Source of the DNA: an uncultured Candidatus Saccharibacteria bacterium
GTDB taxonomy: Bacteria > Patescibacteriota > Minisyncoccia > Phycocordibacterales > UBA9973
Assembly: GCA_964500195.1 (NCBI GenBank)
Contig: CAZCND010000001.1
Span: 1-51,393, forward strand
Direction of reading: 5' to 3'
Length of the DNA stretch: 51,393 bases
A program made the translations under genes and the position numbers. Shown piece after piece: positions 1 through 8,557 of the stretch. Numbering within the stretch: position 1 is the stretch's first letter; the number at the start of each line of letters is the position of its first letter. Under the pieces are notes generated by a model that was given only the letters and a program-made list of their open reading frames with translations, made no database searches and was not told where the DNA came from.

Positions 1-38
1 CGAGCTATCGTACCCAAAAATTATTAGCATAATTTTTG

Positions 39-111
39 TGCACGATACAGGATTCGAACCTGTGACCTTCCCCACGTCAAGGGGACGCTCTACCACCTGA
101 GCTAACCGTGC
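39..111 (-). tRNA. tRNA-Val (anticodon GAC)
   Basis: Reverse complement folds as a cloverleaf: acceptor GCACGGT/ATCGTGC, D-arm GCTCAGGTGGTAGAGC, anticodon loop TTGACGT, T-arm ACAGGTTCGAATCCTGT. No CCA is encoded. Confidence 0.9.
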
Positions 112-154
112 ATATATCCTATTATACATTATCCACCAAAACACATAACCCTTG

Positions 155-241
155 CGGAAGCGGTGAGATTTGAACTCACGATACGGTTTCCCGCATGCCG
201 CTTTTCGAAAGCGGTGCCTTCAACCACTCAGCCACGCTTCC
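155..241 (-). tRNA. tRNA-Ser (anticodon CGA), long variable arm
   Basis: Reverse complement GGAAGCGTGGCTGAGTGGTTGAAGGC...: anticodon stem CCGCT/AGCGG with loop TTCGAAA, long extra arm, T-arm GTGAGTTCAAATCTCAC, acceptor GGAAGCG/CGCTTCC. Confidence 0.9.
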
Positions 242-296
242 ATTATTAAAAACTTTATTTATTATAAAAGCTTTAAACAATATTTTCAACCCTCCA

Positions 297-1805
297 TTAA
301 TCAGTCAACTTGCCACCCTCCATCTCTTCCGGTTTTTTTAACCCAAATAAATCTAAGACAGTAGGTGCTAAATCAGCTAAGGTGCCTTCATGTAAACTAA
401 CATTTTTATCAGTCATTATACAAGGTACAGGGTTTGTTGTGTGAGCTGTGTGTCTCTTCCCTGTTGTTTGATCAACATTAAGTTCAGCATTTCCGTGGTC
501 TGCTGTTATTAAGGCAACTCCTCCTTTTTCTAATAACTTAGAAACCACTCTTTCCAACTGTTTATCCGTTTCTTCTATCGCCTCTATAATAGCAGATACA
601 ACGGCAGTGTGGCCAACCATATCTGGATTAGCAAAGTTTATAAAAATAAAATCTGTCCCTTTTTCTATTTGTTCTATTGCCTTATCTGCCACCTTGTCTG
701 CTGACATTTTAGGTGCTAAATCATAAGTGGCAACATCTTTTCGGCTAGCTAATAATATATCTTCTTCTCCTTCATAAATCGCTTCCTTACCTCCATTTAA
801 AAAATATGTAGCATGGGCAAATTTTTCTGTTTCTGCTATATGGGCTTGGGTCAAACCAGCTTGAGATATTTCTTTAGCTAAAGTTGTTGAAACTTTTATT
901 GGTGGAAAGACTACATCTGTATTGAAATCATTACCATAAGAAGACATAGTTACTAAGCATAAATTATCTTTTTCTCTTCTGGCTAAGATTTTACTTGTTA
1001 ATTGTCTTGCTCTATCTGCTCTAAAGTTTATAAAAAACACTCCATCATTTTGCTTCAATGTTTCTGTCTGTCCATCTTCCTTAGGACAGACAAAAGGCTC
1101 CAATAATTCATCAACCTTGCCCTCCTCGTAAAACTTATTGAGACAATGAGATGCTTTGTCCTCACACAAAGGACCTTGTCCATCAAAAATTGCCATTTCT
1201 GCTCGAGCCAACCTATCCCAATTCCCATCTCTATCCATAGCATAATAACGACCCGAAACAGAAGCTATATGTCCAAGCGCTAATTCATTAATTTTATTTT
1301 CTAATTCTTTTAAATACACACTGCCACTTTGAGGTGGTGTATCTCTTCCATCTAAAAAAGCATGGATGGCTAATTTCTTTATTCCAGCCTCTTTAGCTAT
1401 TTCTATAAAAGACAACAAACTTCCAAAATGACTATGGATTCCACCATCTGATACTAAACCAATAACGTGGAGTGTGGAATCATGTTTTTTAATATGTTCG
1501 AAAAGCTTTAAAAAAGCATCATTTTTTTTATATTCTCCCGAGGTTATAGCTTTTTCAATTCTGACTAAATCTTGATCAAGTGGTCTCCCCGCCCCTATTG
1601 TCATATGCCCAACTTCACTATTGCCCATTTGCCCCTCAGGTAGTCCCACAGCCAACCCTGAAGCATTTAAAAGAGTATGTGGGTATTCTTTCCAAAGACT
1701 ATCAAAAAATGGCTTACTGGCCGAAGCAATTGCGTTGTCTTTTGTTTCCTCTCTATAACCCCAACCATCTAGTATTATTAAAGAAATCTGTCTTTTGTTT
1801 ATCAT
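297..1805 (-). CDS. gpmI: 2,3-bisphosphoglycerate-independent phosphoglycerate mutase
   Basis: 502-aa ORF with LIILDGWGY, GNSEVGHMTIGAGR and TADHGNAE motifs typical of iPGM. Confidence 0.92.
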   Translation of the reverse strand: MINKRQISLIILDGWGYREETKDNAIASASKPFFDSLWKEYPHTLLNASGLAVGLPEGQMGNSEVGHMTIGAGRPLDQDLVRIEKAITSGEYKKNDAFLKLFEHIKKHDSTLHVIGLVSDGGIHSHFGSLLSFIEIAKEAGIKKLAIHAFLDGRDTPPQSGSVYLKELENKINELALGHIASVSGRYYAMDRDGNWDRLARAEMAIFDGQGPLCEDKASHCLNKFYEEGKVDELLEPFVCPKEDGQTETLKQNDGVFFINFRADRARQLTSKILARREKDNLCLVTMSSYGNDFNTDVVFPPIKVSTTLAKEISQAGLTQAHIAETEKFAHATYFLNGGKEAIYEGEEDILLASRKDVATYDLAPKMSADKVADKAIEQIEKGTDFIFINFANPDMVGHTAVVSAIIEAIEETDKQLERVVSKLLEKGGVALITADHGNAELNVDQTTGKRHTAHTTNPVPCIMTDKNVSLHEGTLADLAPTVLDLFGLKKPEEMEGGKLTD

Positions 1806-1808
1806 ATA

Positions 1809-2303
1809 TTAAAATTCAATTTTACTTCCGGTTGGATCATATAATTCCACTTTTTCTATTGTCTCATATTGGGTTAAGGTGTCATTTAAAACAGACAGTA
1901 GGTGTCCTGCTTGGCAACTTGAAAGTCCACCTTGACTAGCCGGAACAACATTAATTTTTGCAATTTTATTTTCCAAAAGAGTAGATACATAATTACCATA
2001 CCAAGCTAATTCACTAGAGAATAAAAGACGAAGGGATTTATCTACAACTTCATCTGTTTTAGGAATTTCAAAATCTATAGGGTGTGTTACCCTACAATCA
2101 CTATTTTCAGCAACCTCTTTATCTTGTAAATAAAGAGTGATAAACATTGAGTCTGCGTTTTTATCTTCTTTTAGATCTTTGACTTCTTGTTTGAGCTCTT
2201 TATTTTGAGTTACATTTTTAGCGTAATAATAAGAAGTGCTTATCATAAAAATGAAGCTAATGGCTATTAAAACTATTGGTATTAAATCATCTTTTTTAAT
2301 CAT
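1809..2303 (-). CDS. membrane-anchored hypothetical protein (GerMN-like C-terminal region, tentative)
   Basis: 164-aa ORF with an N-terminal TM helix (IPIVLIAISFIFMIS). TGTTATAAT lies 7 nt upstream of the ATG, and the gene sits 3 nt upstream of gpmI. Confidence 0.6.
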   Translation of the reverse strand: MIKKDDLIPIVLIAISFIFMISTSYYYAKNVTQNKELKQEVKDLKEDKNADSMFITLYLQDKEVAENSDCRVTHPIDFEIPKTDEVVDKSLRLLFSSELAWYGNYVSTLLENKIAKINVVPASQGGLSSCQAGHLLSVLNDTLTQYETIEKVELYDPTGSKIEF

Positions 2304-2351
2304 CTTTTTAATTATAACATAAACTTAAACTTGTCTAATATAACATTTTAA

Positions 2352-2669
2352 TTATTTTAAAAACCTCTTACTATCCCGATTATTTTTCTTTTCAACAGAG
2401 GCACGAAATGCATCTGTTAAATTTATATTATGAGAATTAGCCAAACAAGCCAAAACAAACAAAAGGTCACCTATTTCCCCTTCTAATCCGTCAGTTTTCT
2501 CTCCATCTTTTTTCTTTTTATAACCATGAAGATGTGCAACTTCTCGGCATATTTCTCCTGTTTCTTCTGTCAACTGGGCACATATCTCAAACGGGGGAAA
2601 ATATTTAACCGAATAATTCGGGTTTGAAACCCAATCATCTACTATTTTTTGTAATTCTTCTAACTCCAT
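2352..2669 (-). CDS. MazG-like nucleotide pyrophosphohydrolase (small single-domain type)
   Basis: 105-aa ORF with the EETGEICREV ... EGEIGDLLFVLACLAN pattern of the MazG/all-alpha NTP-PPase fold. Confidence 0.7.
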   Translation of the reverse strand: MELEELQKIVDDWVSNPNYSVKYFPPFEICAQLTEETGEICREVAHLHGYKKKKDGEKTDGLEGEIGDLLFVLACLANSHNINLTDAFRASVEKKNNRDSKRFLK

Positions 2670-2713
2670 AACACTCTAATAATAACATAAAAATATAATT
2701 ATAAATAATTATA

Positions 2714-2934
2714 TTATTCTTCATGTATTCCAATTTCTTTAAATTCTTTTAAAAGTTTTTCGTTATCTCCAAGATATAATATTGATTTTATTCCTAATTT
2801 TTCAACTACGTCAGTAAATTCTTTTTTTGTCATCTATAAATACAGCTCCACTGGATAATGAATCTGCCTTCTTAAGAGTTAATTGATAAAAAGCGGGGTC
2901 AGGTTTTATAAGAAGAACAAATGGGAAAGATACT
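2714..2934 (-). pseudogene. C-terminal remnant of a HAD-family hydrolase (truncated and frameshifted)
   Basis: Minus-strand translation gives VLLIKPDPAFYQLTLKKADSLSSGAVFIDD (HAD motifs III-IV). The frame breaks in a 7-nt A run (2822-2828), then continues as KKEFTDVVEKLGIKSILYLGDNEKLLKEFKEIGIHEE-stop at 2714. The N-terminal half is missing; znuB occupies that space. Confidence 0.6.
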
Positions 2935-3750
2935 TTAACTGAGTCTTCCTTTTAATGTATTTTTATAAATAATAGTTAAAAGAAAGATTCCAAGCATCAA
3001 CAAGACAATTGTTCCACCAGTAGAGAGATTAAAATAATAAGATATAAATATACCAAATACAACTGAAAAGATAGAAATTATTTCAGAATAAATTATTGTT
3101 TTTCTAAAACTTTTTCTTAATTGAAGAGCAGTTACAACAGGTATAACAATAAGAGCTGTTATAAGAAGAATACCAATTATAGGTATTGCAAGTGAAATAG
3201 TTAGAGCTACCAGCATTATAAAAAGTGTATTTATGAACCGGACTGGAAGTCCACTTACTTTTGCAGATTCTTCATCGAAAGTTATATAAACAAGCTCTTT
3301 GTAAAAAAGAATAATGAGTGCAACAATAATTATGGCGAGAATAAAAATAGTTAAAACATCATTCGATGTTACTGTGACGATACTACCAAAAAGATAATTA
3401 AGTAGATTTGAATTAAAACCTTTTCCTAAGCTAAGTAATACCGTGGCAAGAGCAAGCCCCCCAGAAAGAAAAAGAGCGAGTGCTGATTCTCCGTAAATAT
3501 GTTTTGTATTTCTTAATTTTTCAATACCGAGAGAAGAAAGTGTTGTCACTCCGATTGTAGTTATTATCGGGTTCCAGCCAAAGAGAAACGCCATAGCGAC
3601 CCCAGCAAGTGAAATATGAGAAAGAGTATCAGCTATTAAAGAATAGCGTCTAAGCACAAGGAAAATACCAATAAGCGGAGCAATAAAAGCTACGATTATT
3701 CCTGCTTCAAGACCTCTTAAAATAAAACCATATTGAAAAATTTCAAGCAT
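2935..3750 (-). CDS. znuB: metal (Zn/Mn-type) ABC transporter permease
   Basis: 271-aa polytopic membrane ORF with an ABC-3 family look (LRRYSLIADTLSHISLAGVA). Lies in an operon with an ATPase and a binding protein. Confidence 0.8.
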   Translation of the reverse strand: MLEIFQYGFILRGLEAGIIVAFIAPLIGIFLVLRRYSLIADTLSHISLAGVAMAFLFGWNPIITTIGVTTLSSLGIEKLRNTKHIYGESALALFLSGGLALATVLLSLGKGFNSNLLNYLFGSIVTVTSNDVLTIFILAIIIVALIILFYKELVYITFDEESAKVSGLPVRFINTLFIMLVALTISLAIPIIGILLITALIVIPVVTALQLRKSFRKTIIYSEIISIFSVVFGIFISYYFNLSTGGTIVLLMLGIFLLTIIYKNTLKGRLS

Positions 3751-3753
3751 ATA

Positions 3754-4485
3754 TTATGAATTAATTATTCCATGTGACTTTTTAAATAAATCATCGATTG
3801 ATTCATGAAAAACTAAAGTATTATCTTTCACACAAGCAACGTGCATAGCTTCATGTGCCATACTTTCTATATCGTGAGTGACTATCACTATTGTAAGATT
3901 AAGTTTTTCATTCAAATCGTGAAGTAACTGATAAAATTTTTCTTTAATATCTTTTTCCACTCCGACTGTTGGCTCGTCCAAGAAAAGAATTTCTGGACTC
4001 CCTGCTAGGGCACGAGCTATAAATACACGTTGCTGTTGACCACCAGAAAGATTCCCTATGGGACGATCAACATAAGATAACATATCAACATTTTTCAATG
4101 CCTCTGTTACTTTTTGTTTATCCTCTTCTGTTATCTTGTGAAATAATCCGCGTTTACCATACCTGCCCATAGAAACAACCTCTAAAACTGTCACAGGAAA
4201 ATTATTATCAAAATTAATTACTTTCTGAGGAACATACCCAACCTTTGACCAATCTTTAAAGACAGATATATCTTCTCCAAATAATTTAATTGCTCCAGAT
4301 TTTGGAGGTATAAGTCCTAAGATAATCCTAAGTAGTGTTGTTTTTCCAGATCCATTACTACCCACAATCCCCAAATAATCACTCTTGTGAATTGATAAAT
4401 TTACATCTTTAAGAACCACTTGATCATTATAAGAGAAAGATATATTTGAAACTTCTATAATATTTTTTGTATGATCTACTTGCAT
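3754..4485 (-). CDS. znuC: metal ABC transporter ATP-binding protein
   Basis: Walker A GSNGSGKTT, signature LSGGQQQR, Walker B ILFLDEP. Overlaps the upstream gene by 10 nt. Confidence 0.85.
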   Translation of the reverse strand: MQVDHTKNIIEVSNISFSYNDQVVLKDVNLSIHKSDYLGIVGSNGSGKTTLLRIILGLIPPKSGAIKLFGEDISVFKDWSKVGYVPQKVINFDNNFPVTVLEVVSMGRYGKRGLFHKITEEDKQKVTEALKNVDMLSYVDRPIGNLSGGQQQRVFIARALAGSPEILFLDEPTVGVEKDIKEKFYQLLHDLNEKLNLTIVIVTHDIESMAHEAMHVACVKDNTLVFHESIDDLFKKSHGIINS

Positions 4486-5429
4486 TCTAGTGCTGTCTTT
4501 AAATTAGTAAGATTGTTTCTCATCTCACTGAAATAATCTTTACCTTCTTTAATCTCATCTTCTGTTAATCCTTCAATAGGATTTAGGACCAATGTTTTTG
4601 CTCCTATTTCTTTTGCTATTGTTTCCGATAGTTTTGGAGAAATCAAACTTTCAAAGAAAATATATTTTACATTGTTATCTTTAGCAAATTTTGCAATTTC
4701 TGACATTTCTTTAGATGAAGGTTCTTCTTCTGTTGATAATCCAGCGATAGAAACTTGGTTAAGATCATAAGCGGAAGCTAAATAAGCAAAAGCAGAGTGA
4801 GAGGTTATTATATTTTTACTTCCACAAGTTACTAACCCTTGTTTAAATTCATTATCCAAAGTACTTAATTTATTTTTAAGAGTTTCTGCATTAGATTTAT
4901 AATATGAAGAATTATTTGGGTCTGAAAGAGAAAGGCCAGATTCTATTTTATCAACCATTTGTTTTGCGAGTACAGGAGAAAGCCAGATGTGTGGGTCTAT
5001 ACCATCATGATGGTGACCCTCTTCGGCGAGTTCTTCATGTTCTTCTTCTTCCATTGTCTTTGTCGTTAATCCGTCTCCAGCAACGACAATTTTGGTCTTG
5101 TCTTTATTTAAATTACTTTGAACATTCTCACTCCAACCCTCTAAACCTCCACCGTTTAAAACAAGTAGATTGCTATCTTCAATACTTGCAATATCACGAG
5201 CTGTTGGTTCATATTCATGAGGCTCAGCCCCAGCATGGGTTATATTTGAAACTATGGCTTTATCTCCCGCTATTTGTGAGGTAAAGAAGTATAGAGGATA
5301 GAAGCTTGTCACAACTTTTATTTTATTTAGATTATTTTCCTTTTTTTGACCAAAATTCAATAATGCAATTATGACTATAATTACGAGTAAGACGAAACCC
5401 AAAATCAACAGGACGTTTTTCTTATTCAT
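4476..5429 (-). CDS. znuA: metal ABC transporter substrate-binding protein (ZnuA-like)
   Basis: 317 aa with an N-terminal anchor and a His/Glu-rich loop EEEEHEELAEEGHHHDGIDPHIW, as in ZnuA-type cluster A-I binding proteins. Confidence 0.8.
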   Translation of the reverse strand: MNKKNVLLILGFVLLVIIVIIALLNFGQKKENNLNKIKVVTSFYPLYFFTSQIAGDKAIVSNITHAGAEPHEYEPTARDIASIEDSNLLVLNGGGLEGWSENVQSNLNKDKTKIVVAGDGLTTKTMEEEEHEELAEEGHHHDGIDPHIWLSPVLAKQMVDKIESGLSLSDPNNSSYYKSNAETLKNKLSTLDNEFKQGLVTCGSKNIITSHSAFAYLASAYDLNQVSIAGLSTEEEPSSKEMSEIAKFAKDNNVKYIFFESLISPKLSETIAKEIGAKTLVLNPIEGLTEDEIKEGKDYFSEMRNNLTNLKTALECK

Positions 5430-5550
5430 ATATTTAATAATTTTTAATTAATAAAACATTTTTATAATTGTTAATCGTTTACATTTAGAATTATATACTA
5501 AATAAGTTATAATTGCAAATAGTTAACACTTGATATAATATGTGGTTATT

Positions 5551-5985
5551 ATGATGAGAGATTTTAAAAGTATTCTAAAAGAAAAAGGGTTCAAGGTAAC
5601 AGATACAAGATTAGATATCCTTGGTGTTTTTTCAAATTATTGTAAACCAATAAACGCAAAATATATTTATAAGATGCTCAAAAATAAAGGAATTAATTTA
5701 GTTACTATATACAGAACTCTCCTCTCCTTTGAAAAAGTAGGAATATTAAAGCGAGCCAATTTAAATCAGGAATCAATTTTTTATGAACTTGTGGGAGATC
5801 ATCACCATCATCATATTGTTTGCTTAAAGTGTAAAAAGGTTTCAAATTTTGATGGATGTAAAGAAGATTCAGATTCATTAATATCAAAAGCACTCAAGCA
5901 AAACAAGGATTTTGATTCTATCTCACATCACTCTTTTGATTTATTTGGTATTTGTAAAAAATGTGCAAAAAATAAAAACCGTTAA
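5551..5985 (+). CDS. zur: Fur-family transcriptional regulator (Zur-like)
   Basis: Winged-helix N-terminus, HHHHH run, and CLKC...CKKC zinc site. Divergent from the znu operon. The ORF track starts at GTG 5542, but TGATATAAT at 5531-5539 makes ATG 5551 (or 5554) the more likely start. Confidence 0.8.
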   Translation: MMRDFKSILKEKGFKVTDTRLDILGVFSNYCKPINAKYIYKMLKNKGINLVTIYRTLLSFEKVGILKRANLNQESIFYELVGDHHHHHIVCLKCKKVSNFDGCKEDSDSLISKALKQNKDFDSISHHSFDLFGICKKCAKNKNR

Positions 5986-6000
5986 TACGGTTTTTATTTT
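5975..6000 (+). terminator. intrinsic terminator after zur
   Basis: AAAACCGT / ACGGTTTT hairpin with the TAA stop codon in the loop, followed by a T run. Confidence 0.7.
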
Positions 6001-6066
6001 TAGAACATTTCTAACCCATATATTTTTATAGATAGAGATATAAAAAATATTTTATTTGTTTAAAAT

Positions 6067-6363
6067 TTAATTTGTCACTGGTTCATTACCAACTGGAGCA
6101 CTTGGATTTTCTTGAGTCTCTCCTTGTGAAGGATTAACCATATTCCTGTTGTTTGTATTACTGTTTCTATTAAAACCTCTTGAATCATTATTATTCATCA
6201 TACGACCACTATCTTGCATCATTCCACCTCTTTCTCCTCCTTTAAAATTCTTTGGACTATTTTTACCTCCAAAAGCACAAACACTTAACGAAATAGAAAT
6301 AATCAATAGGATTATTGTTAACCAAAGTAACAAAACACTATGTTTTTGTGAAAATTCTTTCAT
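6067..6363 (-). CDS. small membrane-anchored Asn/Gly-rich protein, unknown function
   Basis: ORF with one TM helix (VLLLWLTIILLIISISLSVCAF) and a low-complexity tail. The start is taken at the internal MKEFSQKH. Confidence 0.5.
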   Translation of the reverse strand: MKEFSQKHSVLLLWLTIILLIISISLSVCAFGGKNSPKNFKGGERGGMMQDSGRMMNNNDSRGFNRNSNTNNRNMVNPSQGETQENPSAPVGNEPVTN

Positions 6364-6524
6364 CTTTATTAATATTTTAATAATAATATTTTGCAAAATG
6401 CAAAAAAAAATGAGAGACGACTTAAATACTCTCCCTTATATATACGACAGAAGTGGTTGTTTTGGTGCTAAAAATAAATACAAGATTTTTGTTTATACAA
6501 AAAATGATTTTTTATTTTTAAGCC

Positions 6525-6615
6525 TTCTCAAGAGCTCGAACTAGCACTCGACTCTGTGATCCTTTGACGAATAGAACCAATTTGATTCCTTGCCCTGCAA
6601 GGCAGATTAGGGCTC
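6525..6615 (-). pseudogene. decayed copy of the tRNA-Glu 3' half plus its downstream tail
   Basis: Minus strand reads TTGGTTCTATTCGTCAAAGGATCACAGAGTCGAGTGCTAGTTCGAGCTCTTGAGAA. This aligns with tRNA-Glu GGGTTCGATTCCCGGTAGGGTCACCA plus its trailer AGTCGTGCTAGCTCGAGAA. Confidence 0.55.
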
Positions 6616-6656
6616 GGTCAGTATGCCACAGTGATCCTTCTCATGCGATTATTGAT

Positions 6657-6932
6657 TTAATCTTTTGTATAAATAAAAATTCTATGATAGCTACTATTTC
6701 TGATTTTATTTCCATTACTATCTTGATCTGTGTGATAAATATCACAATGTTTACCATCCAATATAATATCGCTCAATATTAGATTATAACCTGATTCAGG
6801 GTGTGGTGGTTTATTTTCTACAATAACATCATTAAAATGTGCTAGTCTTCCATAGATGCCAGCTTCTTTAATTTGATTAGACCAAAATTCTGCACCTTTC
6901 CACACTTCATTTTTAAAATTATTTTCATTCAT
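6657..6932 (-). CDS. hypothetical protein (91 aa)
   Basis: ORF only; no motif recognised. Lies between the intact tRNA-Glu and its decayed 3' copy. Confidence 0.45.
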   Translation of the reverse strand: MNENNFKNEVWKGAEFWSNQIKEAGIYGRLAHFNDVIVENKPPHPESGYNLILSDIILDGKHCDIYHTDQDSNGNKIRNSSYHRIFIYTKD

Positions 6933-6996
6933 ATTTATATTATATCGCTAATTTTATGTGTTTAAAAGAATCTATGTTTCTCGAGCTAGCACGACT

Positions 6997-7071
6997 TGGT
7001 GACCCTACCGGGAATCGAACCCGGATTACCGGCTTGAAAAGCCGATGTCCTAACCGTTAGACGATAGGGCC
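6997..7071 (-). tRNA. tRNA-Glu (anticodon TTC), CCA encoded
   Basis: Reverse complement GGCCCTATCGTCTAACGGTTAGGACATCGGCTTTTCAAGCCGGTAATCCGGGTTCGATTCCCGGTAGGGTCACCA, with anticodon loop TTTTCAA. Confidence 0.92.
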
Positions 7072-7120
7072 AATATTTAATTTTCAAAACAAAACATTAT
7101 TTAAACCTAATAACTTTTTG

Positions 7121-7199
7121 GCTTTTCAGAAAAGCCGATGTCCGCTATTTTCTAACTTGGTTAGACGTTTACCCGAACATCAATGGGCGGAATAGGGCC
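7121..7199 (-). pseudogene. decayed tRNA-Glu 5' portion with insertions
   Basis: Minus strand reads GGCCCTAT[24-nt insert]CGTCTAACCAAGTTAG[9 nt]GACATCGGCTTTTCTGAAAAGCC, with no T-arm or acceptor 3' strand. It is preceded by the same 27-nt upstream sequence as the real tRNA (7064-7090 = 7192-7218). Confidence 0.6.
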
Positions 7200-7267
7200 A
7201 ATATTTAATTTTCAAAACGAATAACAACTTAGCTAGTATATCATTTTAAACATAAAAATCAATACTT

Positions 7268-7310
7268 AAAACTTAAATACCACCCAAATAATGGGTGGTA
7301 TTTAAGTTTT
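7268..7310. terminator. 18-bp perfect hairpin, bidirectional terminator
   Basis: AAAACTTAAATACCACCC / GGGTGGTATTTAAGTTTT with a 7-nt loop and A/T runs on both sides. Closes the long minus-strand cluster that begins at gyrA. Confidence 0.75.
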
Positions 7311-7318
7311 AAAAATTT

Positions 7319-7597
7319 TTAGGCGCCAATTGATTTGATTATTAAATTCATTATTCCAAAAACTGAAATCATAATTAACATCCCCAATAATCCCCAAAGC
7401 ATATGATTTTTACTTTCCTTTACTATGTTTTCATCGCTCGGATTCAGAAGATATTTGACTATCCCAAATAAAAACAATACTACTCCCAAGGAAAAAATAA
7501 AAATTATTATAGGATTTATTATAACCTTATTAACAGCATTTAAAAGGGAATCAACCCCTTCCGAAGCTTCAGCTTTTAAGATTAAGTCAAAAAACAT
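7319..7597 (-). CDS. small two-TM membrane protein, VirB2/TrbC-pilin-like architecture (paralogue 1)
   Basis: 92 aa: TM1, then a short charged loop (NPSDENIVKESKNH), then TM2. Same layout as its four neighbours. Confidence 0.6.
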   Translation of the reverse strand: MFFDLILKAEASEGVDSLLNAVNKVIINPIIIFIFSLGVVLFLFGIVKYLLNPSDENIVKESKNHMLWGLLGMLIMISVFGIMNLIIKSIGA

Positions 7598-7604
7598 AAA
7601 TACC

Positions 7605-7955
7605 CTAAGGATTAACAGGTGTTTGAATGTTTATAATGTTCGAATCAACTCTTGACTCAATTCCAAAAGACCTTTGAACTAAAGCAATTATTCCCCAAAA
7701 AGAGACAATAACAAAGACTCCAATTAAAGCACTAACAATACCCTTTTTAGCTTTTTTCTTCTTCTCATCATCGGTAGTGAGAGAATATTGAATAACTGTC
7801 CAAATAAACATGATAACCATAACAGTTATCAAAGTTGGGGCAACCCAAGTCAACCAATCCATTAGTTGTCTTATTATTGTATCTATGTTCCCTTGCGCAG
7901 CTAAAGCAAACACAGGAAACAAATAAGATAACCCTAAAATAGCTATTTTTTTCAT
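7605..7955 (-). CDS. small secreted two-TM membrane protein, VirB2/TrbC-pilin-like architecture (paralogue 2)
   Basis: 116 aa: signal peptide ending ALAAQG, TM1, loop TTDDEKKKKAKKG, TM2. Confidence 0.65.
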   Translation of the reverse strand: MKKIAILGLSYLFPVFALAAQGNIDTIIRQLMDWLTWVAPTLITVMVIMFIWTVIQYSLTTDDEKKKKAKKGIVSALIGVFVIVSFWGIIALVQRSFGIESRVDSNIINIQTPVNP

Positions 7956-8088
7956 TTCTTAAATTAAAATTTTAATAATAATTAATATTGTTAGTTTTTC
8001 TATTACAACAGACCAAGTTGTAAAAAAAGAAATACTAACCCTTATATTATATCAACATATTAAATAAAAACAAAGCATTTTATTAACT

Positions 8089-8529
8089 TTACATTTCTGG
8101 AATTAATTGAGACCTCGAGGTTGTTGAAGTGGTAGAAGAGGTTTGGGTGGTTAAATCAATTGTTGTTGGAAGAGTAGGAGGATTTGGAGCATTATTATTT
8201 AAATCAAGACTATTAATAAATATATTTATAATACCCCAAAAAGAAACCATTATAAACAAAGCTATTAAACCTTTGTACATAAATTCCTTGCCTTTTTCTT
8301 TCTCTTTTTCGTTGTTGGGATTTAAATTAAATTTAATAATACCATAAATAAAACCAGCAACCCCAAGAGTAACGAGCATTGGAATAATTTGTTTAGATAA
8401 AATACAACCAATCCAAGATAACATCCCAGACAGACTGTCCTTGGAAACATTACAATTAACTTCTGCAAAAGTAAACAAGGGGGAAAAGGTTAACAAGAGT
8501 AAAGTTATTTTTTTGATTTTTTTCTTCAT
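8089..8529 (-). CDS. small secreted two-TM membrane protein, VirB2/TrbC-pilin-like architecture (paralogue 3)
   Basis: 146 aa: signal peptide ending FTFAE, TM1, loop NPNNEKEKEKGKE, TM2, then a Thr/Ser-rich tail. Confidence 0.65.
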   Translation of the reverse strand: MKKKIKKITLLLLTFSPLFTFAEVNCNVSKDSLSGMLSWIGCILSKQIIPMLVTLGVAGFIYGIIKFNLNPNNEKEKEKGKEFMYKGLIALFIMVSFWGIINIFINSLDLNNNAPNPPTLPTTIDLTTQTSSTTSTTSRSQLIPEM

Positions 8530-8557
8530 AAAAAATTAATTATTAATAATAAAAAAG

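Noticed and set aside
170-364. ORF 170-364 (plus, 64 aa)
   Set aside because: It is antisense to tRNA-Ser and to the gpmI 3' end.
1580-1939. Numerous antisense or overlapping ORFs inside long genes (for example 1580-1939, 4904-5284, 11509-11748, 13798-14112, 20304-20558, 36097-36306, 38277-38480, 44808-45083, 46252-46554)
   Set aside because: Each lies opposite a well-supported conserved gene and has a low-complexity translation typical of AT-rich antisense frames.
6536-6650. Possibility that this segment is a functional structured RNA (SRP RNA, tmRNA or an unusual tRNA)
   Set aside because: No SRP helix-8 GGAA motif, no tmRNA tag or TLD, and no complete cloverleaf could be drawn. Similarity to the tRNA-Glu 3' half and trailer explains it better.
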